NCBI GenBank assembly: GCA_963823335.1
Contig: CAWGLD010000003.1
Span: forward strand, 139,319 to 203,318
DNA: 64,000 nt
DNA from: an uncultured delta proteobacterium
GTDB taxonomy: Bacteria; Desulfobacterota; Desulfobacteria; Desulfobacterales; B30-G6
Direction: 5' to 3'
The notes under the pieces were generated by a model. The model had not been told where the DNA came from. It searched no databases and was given only the letters and a program-made list of their open reading frames with translations. Numbering within the stretch: position 1 is the first letter of the stretch; each line of letters opens with the position of its first letter. The translations under genes were made by a program, and so were the position numbers. Of the stretch, positions 28,898-38,040 are shown one piece after another.

Positions 28898-31800
28898 ATG
28901 AAACCATTTGATCTCATAAACAGTCCCCTTACCGGCACAAACTTGATTGAAGCCAGCGCCGGTACCGGGAAGACCTACACAATTGCCGGTCTGTTTCTGC
29001 GTCTGTTGTTGGAAAAGCATCTGACGGTGGACCAGATCCTGGTGGTGACGTTCACAAAGGCAGCCACAGAAGAGTTGAAGGGTCGGATCCGAAATAAACT
29101 ACTGGAGGCTCGCCGGGCATTTACAGTGGGCGCCAGTGGTGATACAGCCGTATCGGAGCTGGTTTCCAGGATGGATCATGCTGAAACAGCCCTGGAAAGG
29201 ATACAGGATGCCCTGCGGGATTTCGACAGCACCGCAATTTTCACGATTCATGGATTCTGTCACCGGGTCCTGGCGGATCATACCTTTGAAACCGGTGATC
29301 GATTCGATACGGAACTGATGACCGAGCCGACATCGATGCTCATGTCGGTGGCGGATGATTTCTGGCGGCGATATATTTACAAGGCAGACCCTGAATTACT
29401 CCAGTACGCCCTGAAAAAAATAAAGAAGCCTGAATATTTTTATGCACTCCTGCAGAAAGCCCGGTATCCCGGTATCTGGGTCATTCCTGATCCGGATGAA
29501 CCCGAAATAAGACATATGGAAGCGTTCAGAGAGCTGCTGGCTCAGCTTTGCGGGATGTGGCCGGATGTCAGGATGCAGATTCAGGAGATACTGAAAGATC
29601 CGTGTCTGAGCGGCGTCGTATACGGTGGTTTCAAGGAGGATAAAAAGTTTCCCGGTGCCACCGTCAGGGATATCAGGGTGTCGGCACTGGTAAAGCAGAT
29701 GGATCGGTTTGTGGAAGAGCACAGCCCGGATTTACCGCTGGAGAAATGGTTCGAGCGGTTTACGGCGGACAAAGTCGAATCGTGTGTTAAAAAAGGACAC
29801 GAACCCGTCCAGCATCCTTTGTTTTTAACATGCAAGGATTTAAAGGAGCATGCTGACGGTCTTTCCGCCGAGATGGATGCCTATCTTGTCTATCTGAAGT
29901 CCGAGTGTCTCAAATTTGGTAAAAAAGAGCTCCTGAAAAGAAAAAAAAGCCAGAATGTCCAGTTTTTCGACGATCTTTTGTTGATGGTGCGACAGGCTCT
30001 CATGGAAGAGCAGGGCAATCTGTTGGCAGCCAAGATTCGTCACCGATACCGCGCAGCACTTGTGGACGAGTTTCAGGACACCGATCTGGTTCAATATGAA
30101 ATATTCACGCGTATTTTCTCGAAAAAAGAGCGCCCGCTGTTCATGATCGGAGATCCCAAACAAGCCATTTACAGCTTTCGTGGCGCTGATGTCTTTTCAT
30201 ACATGAAAGCTTCGGCTCATGCAGAAAACAGGTACACGCTGTTTCAGAATTATCGTTCAACGCCCGCCATGATAACGGCCGTAAATACCCTGTTTTCAAA
30301 TATGATCCAACCGTTCATATTTGAAGAAATTCCTTTTGAGAAAGGACAGCCCGGGAACGAACCGGCAGTTGGCACCATCACCAGTGGGGCGCCTTTGCGT
30401 ATCTGGTTCCTGTCACCACAGGAGGGACGCAGCATGACGGTTCAGGACGCCACTCACGTTATCGTCCATGGTGTTACCGGAGAAATTGCACGCTTGATTG
30501 CGGACCCTCCAGGGAAGGTCAAACCAGGTGATGTCGCCGTTCTGGTCCGCACCAACAAACAGGCTGTTCTGGTAAAAGAGTCGCTGTCCGGTGCCATGAT
30601 ACCCGCTGTCGTCTATAGCGCAGGAAATGTCATGGATGCATCGGAATCCCACGAACTTGGGCAGATACTGCTGGGTATTTTGAATCCCGCAAAAGAGGGT
30701 GCCCTCAAAGCGGCCTTGTCCACGGATATACTGGGTGTTACGGCGGCGGCCCTCGACCCCGTGCAAATGGAGGATGGCTGGTGGGAGAACCGCATCGAAG
30801 CTTTCATGGGCTATCATCGTCTCTGGCATGACAGCGGTTTTATGCCAATGTTCAGGAATTTCATGAACACAGAGGGCATAAGGAAACGCCTGCTTTCGCT
30901 TCCCAATGGTGAGCGACGCCTGACCAACGTTTTGCACCTTTCAGAAATTCTTCACACGGCCTCAATGGAGAAAAAACTAGCCATGACCGGACTTCTGAAA
31001 TGGTATTTTGTCCAGAAAGACCCGGATACACCCAGGCAGGAGATCCACCAGCTTCGCTTGGAAAGCGATGAGAATGCCGTTAAGGTCATTACCATCCACA
31101 AGAGCAAAGGCTTGGAATTTCCCATTGTTTTCTGCCCTTTTGGATGGGGGAAGTCCCGGGTATCCGGAGAAGATTTTACCTTTCACGACATGGATGCAGA
31201 CAGACGTATCACCCTCGACCTGGGATCCAGGCAAATGGAAGACCACCGTGTCATGGCGCAGAATGAACTGCTGGCCGAGAACCTGAGGCTCCTCTATGTG
31301 GCTGTCACACGGGCCATCGAACGATGTTATCTCGTATGGCCGAGGATCCGGTATACAGAGACCTCTGCCCTGGCCTATCTGTTGCATGGCCTTGGTCCGG
31401 AATCTTCCCCTGACAGGTCGAAAAATCTGATCGTTACCTTGCGAGACACCCTGTCCGCTATGGATTCGGAAACATTCCTGAAAGACTTGCATTGCCTGGA
31501 AATAGATTCTGAAGGGTGCATCGCGGTGTCACCGGTGCCTGTCATTGAGATTCCGTCCGTGACCCAGTCCATCCCGGACAAAAAAAAGCTCGAGAAGAGA
31601 ACCTTTTCCCGCAGCATCGACAGAAGGTGGCGGGTGTCAAGCTATTCGTCACTCGTTTCAGGTCGAGCCCCGGATCACGAGTTGCCGGACAGAGATGAAT
31701 TGTCCGGGCTTCAGGACCCTGACGGAGCACAGGATGTTGAAGGGGTCCCGGGCGATACTGGACCGGCAGGGCATCCTAGCATGTTTTCGTTTCCCAAAGG

Positions 31801-32524
31801 AGCTGCCAGCGGCATTTTTTTTCACGACATCCTGGAACATCTTGATTTTAGCAATCAGGATCTGACATACCGTCGGGGTTTGGTCTTGTCGAAACTGTCT
31901 GCTTATGGTTTTGATCCATCCTGGCTGGATGTGGTTGTCCGGATGATTGAAAATATTTCAAGTGTAAATCTGTCCCAGGATACGGCTGCGTTTTGCTTGT
32001 CCGAAGTCGACAATGCCCAGCGGATCAACGAGATGGCATTCTATTTCCCATTGAGAAATCTGTCGCGTACAATTCTCAGACGGATTTTCGATGATTTCTC
32101 GAAACAGGGCGTCTTAAAGGGATTTTCAGAAAAAATGGAGCGTCTGACATTCTCTCCGCTCAAGGGATTGATGAAGGGATACCTGGATGTTCTGTTCCAG
32201 CACGGGGGCCGATATTTTGTCGTGGACTGGAAATCGAATTTTCTGGGGGCGGCATTGGAAAACTATCAAAAAGACCTGCTGAATACCCAGATGCAGAAGG
32301 CTTTTTATGTACTTCAATATCATTTGTATGTACTGGCAACCCATCTGCATTTGAAGATGAAGCTGCCGGGGTATGTGTATGAAAGAGATTTCGGGGGGGC
32401 TTTTTACATGTTTCTGCGGGGTGTCGATGCCGCAAGAGGGCCTGGATATGGTATTTTCGAAGATCGCCCGGATATTCGTCTGGTGGATGCCTTGGGAAAG
32501 GCGCTGATTCCCAACTACGAATAA
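28898..32524 (+). CDS. recB: Exodeoxyribonuclease V beta subunit
   Basis: EASAGTGKT, VTFTKAAT, VDEFQDTD, IGDPKQAIY, TIHKSKGLEF, YVAVTRA; nuclease GYLD..VDWKSN..QYHLY. Confidence 0.95.
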   Translation: MKPFDLINSPLTGTNLIEASAGTGKTYTIAGLFLRLLLEKHLTVDQILVVTFTKAATEELKGRIRNKLLEARRAFTVGASGDTAVSELVSRMDHAETALERIQDALRDFDSTAIFTIHGFCHRVLADHTFETGDRFDTELMTEPTSMLMSVADDFWRRYIYKADPELLQYALKKIKKPEYFYALLQKARYPGIWVIPDPDEPEIRHMEAFRELLAQLCGMWPDVRMQIQEILKDPCLSGVVYGGFKEDKKFPGATVRDIRVSALVKQMDRFVEEHSPDLPLEKWFERFTADKVESCVKKGHEPVQHPLFLTCKDLKEHADGLSAEMDAYLVYLKSECLKFGKKELLKRKKSQNVQFFDDLLLMVRQALMEEQGNLLAAKIRHRYRAALVDEFQDTDLVQYEIFTRIFSKKERPLFMIGDPKQAIYSFRGADVFSYMKASAHAENRYTLFQNYRSTPAMITAVNTLFSNMIQPFIFEEIPFEKGQPGNEPAVGTITSGAPLRIWFLSPQEGRSMTVQDATHVIVHGVTGEIARLIADPPGKVKPGDVAVLVRTNKQAVLVKESLSGAMIPAVVYSAGNVMDASESHELGQILLGILNPAKEGALKAALSTDILGVTAAALDPVQMEDGWWENRIEAFMGYHRLWHDSGFMPMFRNFMNTEGIRKRLLSLPNGERRLTNVLHLSEILHTASMEKKLAMTGLLKWYFVQKDPDTPRQEIHQLRLESDENAVKVITIHKSKGLEFPIVFCPFGWGKSRVSGEDFTFHDMDADRRITLDLGSRQMEDHRVMAQNELLAENLRLLYVAVTRAIERCYLVWPRIRYTETSALAYLLHGLGPESSPDRSKNLIVTLRDTLSAMDSETFLKDLHCLEIDSEGCIAVSPVPVIEIPSVTQSIPDKKKLEKRTFSRSIDRRWRVSSYSSLVSGRAPDHELPDRDELSGLQDPDGAQDVEGVPGDTGPAGHPSMFSFPKGAASGIFFHDILEHLDFSNQDLTYRRGLVLSKLSAYGFDPSWLDVVVRMIENISSVNLSQDTAAFCLSEVDNAQRINEMAFYFPLRNLSRTILRRIFDDFSKQGVLKGFSEKMERLTFSPLKGLMKGYLDVLFQHGGRYFVVDWKSNFLGAALENYQKDLLNTQMQKAFYVLQYHLYVLATHLHLKMKLPGYVYERDFGGAFYMFLRGVDAARGPGYGIFEDRPDIRLVDALGKALIPNYE

Positions 32525-32565
32525 AATCGTAGGAACGATTTTATCGAACGCGACGTTGTCGCTTC
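32521..32565 (+). repeat. Repeat family D copy overlapping the recB stop codon
   Basis: ATAAAATCGT-agga-ACGATTTTAT cgaac GCGAC-gtt-GTCGC. Confidence 0.85.
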
Positions 32566-32597
32566 TATCGCAAAGGGTTAATCCTAAAACAATCATA

Positions 32598-32956
32598 GAA
32601 GAATGGAAAAATGGAATGAGTGCGGAGAAAGGCATCGGTTGATATAGAACTCAACCTGAACCGCAAACCGGAAAAAAAGATTTTTTATCACGAAATCACG
32701 AAAGGACGAAACCACGAAAAGGACCATGAACCGCAATTCCAAAACAGACAGAATTCCTTACGGTCGTTGCGAAGCACTGCCGCATGGCAGAGCATTCTTC
32801 GGAGCCTGCTGCGAGGGCCTTTAAAAATTATCGTGTTTTCTATATTTCGTGTTTATGTGATTGCTGTTCTATTCAATTTTCCAGTGTTCCAGCATTCCAA
32901 TATTCCATCAATAGACTATAGGTCATAGGCTGCTTATCGCTTATTGCTTACAGCTT
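32598..32956. repeat. Nested repeat cluster: GGAAT arm, CACGAAA arm, family A core, TTTCGTG arm, ATTCC arm, heptamer tail
   Basis: Arms at 32598-32622, 32686-32720, 32828-32862 and 32879-32910; family A fragment at 32727-32824. Confidence 0.75.
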
Positions 32957-33018
32957 GTGGTTAGGATTCTCTGAAAAACAACCAGGAAAGAATTAGGAAA
33001 AACAGTCTGGGCCAAAAC

Positions 33019-34878
33019 ATGGACATCCTCGATAACATAGATCAAAACGACTATTTCTCATCCATCGATCGTCATTTCGCACGCTTCATGACAGAGCTTT
33101 CTCCACAAAAAGACCCTGTCATCGGGCTGTCGGCGGCGCTGGTCAGCCGCAACAACCGCGAGGGGGATGTCTGCATCGACCTGGCCTCTTTTTCCGGATC
33201 GATTATCGGTTCGGAAAAACAGGGGCAACATACGCTCACATGCCCGGATCTGTCGACATGGCAGGAGCACCTGAGAAAAAGTGATCTGGTGGGAAAGCCC
33301 GGCGAGTACTATCCATTGATCCGGGACGATGTAGACCGGCTTTATCTCTACCGTTACTGGGAATATGAGAAAAAACTGATCGATCTCATACGTTCGAGAG
33401 CCCATGACGATGCAGGGGAAGTAGACCTCGAAAAACTTAGACAGCATCTGGGCACTTATTTCCCGGAAACCGGAAAACCCGGTCTGGACTGGCAAAAACT
33501 GGCCGCAGCCGTTGTGGTGTTGAAGCGGTTTTGTGTTATTTCAGGTGGGCCCGGTACTGGAAAAACCTATGCCATTGCCCGGATTCTGGCAACACTGATC
33601 GAACAGCACCATCCCGATGTGTTGCGGATATACCTGACAGCCCCCACCGGCAAAGCCGCTGCCAGGCTGGCGGAATCCATCGGAAACGCCAAGAAGGCCT
33701 TGAGCTGTGATCCCAGGACCCTTGAGGCCATACCCGATGTCAGCTCCACCATTCATCGCATGCTCAAGTCTGTAAAAGGCTCCCCGTATTTTTATCACAA
33801 CATTGAAAACCCCTTACCGGCAGATGTGGTGGTGGTGGATGAAGCTTCCATGGTGGATCTTCCGCTCATGTCCAAGCTGATCCAGGCACTACCGGATACA
33901 TCGAAACTGATTCTCATCGGTGATAGACATCAGCTCGCTTCTGTCCAGGCCGGATCGGTTCTGGGTGACATCTGCGGGGACAAAATCGACAACGGTATAT
34001 CCGGGGCATTTGCCCGGACCCTGGCAGCGGTGATGAATTGCCATCCAGGACAACTGATACGTTCCCCCAGGAGTAAAACAGACATCCAGGACAGCCTGGT
34101 CTATTTCACCAGGAGTTACCGTTTTGAGAAAGAAAGCGGTATCCATGTACTCAGTCGGGCCGTTAATGAAGGTGCCGTGGATGATGCCCTGGACATCCTC
34201 GGGCAGGGTCGTTACCCGGAGGTTCGCTGGTACCCGCTTTCAAGCCATATGGAACACCATGATCTTTTGTCCAAAATCATTCACGAACACTATGACAGAC
34301 TGTGCAATCTAAATGATCCCCAGGAGGCTCTCGACGAACTGAATCGCTTCAGGATATTGTGTGCCGTCAACCAGGGGAGCCTGGGTGTCGACATCCTAAA
34401 TGCCAAAGCAGCAGCAGTTCGGACCACCCAAGAGAAAAACCGGGTTGGAGAAGGATTCAGCCTGGAATGGTATCATGGCCGCCCCGTTCTGATTACAGAA
34501 AATAACCACAGCCTGGGTCTTTACAATGGGGATGTGGGGATTGCCATGGTCCAGGAAACGGCCAGGGATAAAGCATGTCACGTCTATTTCCAGGGCGGCC
34601 CAGCAGGGACGCTGCAACGATTTTCGCCATCCCGTCTTCCCCGGCACCAGGATGTGTATGCCATGACAATCCATAAAAGCCAGGGATCCGAATTTGAAGG
34701 AGTGCTGCTGGTTCTGCCGGAAAAGGAGAGCCCATTGTTGACCAGGGAGTTACTTTATACCGGTATTACCCGGGCCAAGCGAAACCTGTCGATTTTAGCT
34801 TCCGAATCTGTTATAAGGTACGCCATATCAAGACGGATCGTACGGGCATCCGGTTTGCGGGACGCCCTTTGGAGTTAG
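33019..34878 (+). CDS. recD: Exodeoxyribonuclease V alpha subunit
   Basis: LYLYRYWEYE, ISGGPGTGKT, APTGKAAARL, VDEASMVD, GDRHQLASV, AMTIHKSQGSEF, LYTGITRAK. Confidence 0.95.
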   Translation: MDILDNIDQNDYFSSIDRHFARFMTELSPQKDPVIGLSAALVSRNNREGDVCIDLASFSGSIIGSEKQGQHTLTCPDLSTWQEHLRKSDLVGKPGEYYPLIRDDVDRLYLYRYWEYEKKLIDLIRSRAHDDAGEVDLEKLRQHLGTYFPETGKPGLDWQKLAAAVVVLKRFCVISGGPGTGKTYAIARILATLIEQHHPDVLRIYLTAPTGKAAARLAESIGNAKKALSCDPRTLEAIPDVSSTIHRMLKSVKGSPYFYHNIENPLPADVVVVDEASMVDLPLMSKLIQALPDTSKLILIGDRHQLASVQAGSVLGDICGDKIDNGISGAFARTLAAVMNCHPGQLIRSPRSKTDIQDSLVYFTRSYRFEKESGIHVLSRAVNEGAVDDALDILGQGRYPEVRWYPLSSHMEHHDLLSKIIHEHYDRLCNLNDPQEALDELNRFRILCAVNQGSLGVDILNAKAAAVRTTQEKNRVGEGFSLEWYHGRPVLITENNHSLGLYNGDVGIAMVQETARDKACHVYFQGGPAGTLQRFSPSRLPRHQDVYAMTIHKSQGSEFEGVLLVLPEKESPLLTRELLYTGITRAKRNLSILASESVIRYAISRRIVRASGLRDALWS

Positions 34879-34880
34879 CT

Positions 34881-35041
34881 GGTTTATTGAGTTTGTTGTG
34901 TTTATTGAGTTGATTATCGTTCATTGTTGATGGTTCTATTAAAAATCAATGAGAAAAATAATAACCACGATATAAAATATTTGTCTCTGTCGTGAAGAGC
35001 AACCCAACGAACCCAATAAACTCAAAGAACTCAACAAACAA
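34881..35041. repeat. Inverted nonamer arms (GTTTATTGA / CAATAAACT)
   Basis: gtttattgagtttgttgtgtttattgagtt just after the recD stop; aacccaacgaacccaataaactcaaagaactcaacaaac before fabH. Confidence 0.8.
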
Positions 35042-35063
35042 ACACTTCGGAGAAGTGAGAGAT

Positions 35064-36077
35064 ATGCGAAAAACGATTATCAAGGGTACGGGCAGATATG
35101 TTCCGGAGCGGCTGATCACCAATGATGATCTGACGCAGTGGATGGAAACGTCGGATGAATGGATCGAGCAGCGCACGGGAATCAAACAGCGTTACTGGAT
35201 CCCGGAAGAGGGTAATGTGGGCGCATCCGACCTGGGGCTTGAAGCCTCCAAGATAGCGCTGGAAAAAGCCGGGTGGCTCCCGGAAGATATCGACATGATC
35301 ATTTTCGCCACGTTGAGCCCGGATGCTTTTTTCCCTGGTTCCGGGTGTTTTCTTCAGCACAAACTGGGTCTCAGAGACACGCCGGCCCTCGACATCCGGC
35401 AGCAGTGCACCGGTTTTCTCTACGGGCTTGTAACCGCAGACGCCTACATCCGCAGCGGCCTCTACAATCGTGTGCTCCTGGTGGGCGGAGAAGTCCACAG
35501 TACGGGTATCGACATTTCCACCCGCGGCAGGGATGTGGCCGTGATCTTCGGGGACGGGGCTGCCGCGGTCTGCATCGAGGCGGTGGAGACCGATGAGAAT
35601 GTCGGGGTTCTGGCATCGTCTCTGCACGCCCAGGGGGAATTTGCAGAAAGTCTTTGGGTGGAAGCCCCTGCATCGCGAAAGATGCCCCGTATCGACGCAA
35701 AGATGCTGGCAGAGAACCGTCATTATCCCTACATGGACGGCAAGAACATCTTCAAGATGGCCGTGAAAAAACTGCCCGAAGTTACCATGAAGGTGTTGAA
35801 GCAGTCCGGTCTGACCATCGAGGACATCGATCTGATCATACCACATCAGGCCAATCTGCGTATCAATCAGTTTTACCAGCAATCCATGAAGTTACCCGAA
35901 GGCAAGGTCTACAACAATATCCACAAGTACGGCAATACCACGGCAGCCTCCATACCCCTGGCCATGGACGAGGCCCTGGAAAAAGGCATCATCGATGCTT
36001 CCAGTACCCTGCTTTTCCTGGGGCTGGGATCCGGGGTCACCTGGGGGGCTTGTATATATAGAGGGTTGGAGGGTTAA
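35064..36077 (+). CDS. fabH: 3-oxoacyl-ACP synthase III
   Basis: TSDEWIEQRTGI, catalytic QQCTGF, FGDGA, HQANLRI, GNTTAASIP. Start moved to ATG 35064 because the upstream extension is repeat DNA. Confidence 0.88.
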   Translation: MRKTIIKGTGRYVPERLITNDDLTQWMETSDEWIEQRTGIKQRYWIPEEGNVGASDLGLEASKIALEKAGWLPEDIDMIIFATLSPDAFFPGSGCFLQHKLGLRDTPALDIRQQCTGFLYGLVTADAYIRSGLYNRVLLVGGEVHSTGIDISTRGRDVAVIFGDGAAAVCIEAVETDENVGVLASSLHAQGEFAESLWVEAPASRKMPRIDAKMLAENRHYPYMDGKNIFKMAVKKLPEVTMKVLKQSGLTIEDIDLIIPHQANLRINQFYQQSMKLPEGKVYNNIHKYGNTTAASIPLAMDEALEKGIIDASSTLLFLGLGSGVTWGACIYRGLEG

Positions 36078-36100
36078 GGGGTGGAGGGGTGGAGGGTAAG
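36061..36100. repeat. Octamer G-rich arm overlapping the fabH stop
   Basis: gagggttg-gagggtta-aggggtgg-aggggtgg-agggtaag; same family as 5540 and 50328. Confidence 0.8.
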
Positions 36101-36266
36101 TTCTGCACCGTCTTGAGCTTATGGCTATGGGCCGATAGCAACTTCCAAGCCTCTTGGCATTCTGGCCTCCCAGCAAATAAAATCGATTCACGAGATTCGC
36201 ATTACAAAAAAAACAAAGATTAACGAGATTTTAAAAAGGTCAATTAATCAAACAAGGAGAAGACGC

Positions 36267-36692
36267 ATGCAGAAATGGTTTAAGATCTTAATTTTACCTT
36301 TTTTAGTGTTGTTTTTATTGGCCGGAACCGCGCTGGCTGACAATATTACGATTTAGAGTGATGTTGGACTGGAAGATGTGCTGAATTACAACGATCCCTG
36401 GTCTAACCCATGGCGATATAATGCTGGTATAGGTGATGGTGAGCTAATTAGTAATGCAAGTGGAACCTTTCAGGTTTTGACCAATACGCTTGGATATAAT
36501 TACTACGCAACCGGATTTGATCTTTCATTTTTAGGCGTAAATCAGGAATTCATCGCCCATTTTACAATGGGATGTGGAAATGACAACCTGATGGGCAGGG
36601 GCTCTGTCCCTGAGCCGTCAACCATGTTCTTGATAGGAACCGGTTTTTTTGGGTTGGCGGCAGTTAGCAGGAAAAAACTATTCAAGAAATAA
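36267..36692 (+). pseudogene. PEP-CTERM sorting protein with an in-frame TAG at 36354-36356
   Basis: AAGGAG RBS; signal peptide MQKWFKILILPFLVLFLLAGTALA-DNITI then TAG; same frame continues to VPEPSTMFLIGTGFFGLAAVSRKKLFKK. Confidence 0.8.
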
Positions 36693-36740
36693 AATCGTGT
36701 AAGAAAACAGTCTGAAACGTGACACATGTCACTCCTTTTG

Positions 36741-36774
36741 CTGCCCGTCCATGGGGGACGGGCAGTTTTATTTT
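36741..36774 (+). terminator. Intrinsic terminator
   Basis: ctgcccgtcc-atggg-ggacgggcag followed by ttttatttt. Confidence 0.85.
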
Positions 36775-36846
36775 GACAACATCCCTTCCAGCAGTTACCT
36801 TTCTGAACGATTAATTTTTCATAAAACCTTGAAATATCAAGCGCAA

Positions 36847-36965
36847 TGTCGTTAACTTAATGCTGTAGCGCAGAGCTTCAGCTCTGCTTAATGCCTGTCT
36901 TGGCAGGGCTAAAGCCCTGCGCTACGCTTGTAATTTAGTGCGCATTCTGTTTTAAGTTAACGACA
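36847..36965. mobile_element. GTAG-type REP doublet (REPIN-like) inside 14-bp perfect inverted repeats
   Basis: tgtcgttaacttaa / ttaagttaacgaca enclose gtagcgcagagcttcagctctgc (36865-36887) and gcagggctaaagccctgcgctac (36903-36925). Confidence 0.8.
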
Positions 36966-37118
36966 ATGACTTTATTCCTTCGGACTCATGGAACCTTGAC
37001 CTCCTAGAATGCTATGAGGCTGTTTTCAGTTCGCCGTAGAAACCCACGTCTGTTTCTTCATATTTCGGTTCAACATTCGATGTTGGGCGTTCGATGTTCG
37101 ATGTTCAATCGTTAACCC

Positions 37119-37970
37119 GTGGCCCTTGAAAGACTCCATATGCACTCTTTATTGAACGATCCTGCCGAACTCCAAACACACATCCAGCAGGTCACCGGCG
37201 AACTCATGCTTCAGGAACCGATCTATCCAGAGCACATCGACGGTATCACGCATGCCTCGGCAGTGATGTTTCTCCTGGGACTCATTCCGGGTGACAACGG
37301 GCAGGCTCCCGAGCCCAGTCTTATATTGAACAAGCGATCCCAGGCGGTCAATCAGGCGGGTGATCTGTGCTGTCCGGGTGGCGGCATCTCCCCTGGTGTG
37401 GACGGCTTTCTGGCCAGGACCATGGTTTTACCGGGTCTTCCCATGTGGCGCTGGCCTTTCTGGTCGGCTATGCGCTCCCAGCGATCCAAGGAAGCTGAGA
37501 TACTGCGGGTGCTCTTTTTCACCAGCCTGCGCGAAGGTTTCGAAGAGATGCGGCTGAATCCATTCGGTGTCCGTTTCCTGGGACCCCTGCCGATCCAGCG
37601 ACTGGTCATGTTCGGGCGGGTCATCTATCCCATGGTGGGCTGGGTGTCCAGACAGCAACATTTCCGACTGAACTGGGAGGTGGAAAAGATTGTTTCGATA
37701 CCCCTGAAAAAATTGCTCGAACCCGACAACTATGTCCAGTATCGACTCGAGATGAAAAACCCCAATGCCGACAACGGCACTCAGCAGGTCTATGATGCCC
37801 CGAGCTTTCTTTACAAAAGCGGTCTGGAAAGCGAGGTGCTCTGGGGCGCTACCTGCCGGATCACGCTGAAATTTCTCGAACTCATATTCGGGTTTGAAGT
37901 GCCGACAGACGGGTCGCTGCCTGTTCTAAAGGGTATCATGGATGAAACATACCTGAACCCAAAAGCTTAA
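37119..37970 (+). CDS. Nudix hydrolase, CoA-pyrophosphatase-like, with an insertion in the Nudix box
   Basis: SAVMFLL, LNKRSQAVNQAGDLCCPGG, LREGFEEMRL, LNWEVEKIVSIPL, LWGATCRI. Confidence 0.75.
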   Translation: MALERLHMHSLLNDPAELQTHIQQVTGELMLQEPIYPEHIDGITHASAVMFLLGLIPGDNGQAPEPSLILNKRSQAVNQAGDLCCPGGGISPGVDGFLARTMVLPGLPMWRWPFWSAMRSQRSKEAEILRVLFFTSLREGFEEMRLNPFGVRFLGPLPIQRLVMFGRVIYPMVGWVSRQQHFRLNWEVEKIVSIPLKKLLEPDNYVQYRLEMKNPNADNGTQQVYDAPSFLYKSGLESEVLWGATCRITLKFLELIFGFEVPTDGSLPVLKGIMDETYLNPKA

Positions 37971-38040
37971 AAAAGATGAACGTCCAACATCGAACGCTGA
38001 ACATCGAACATCGAACTTGAGGTAAGCTAGGAAAGAGAGC

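Noticed and set aside
32620-32928. 102-aa ORF between recB and recD
   Set aside because: Made of nested repeat elements.
36150-36205. Sigma54 promoter for the PEP-CTERM gene
   Set aside because: No convincing TGGCAC-N5-TTGC match found.
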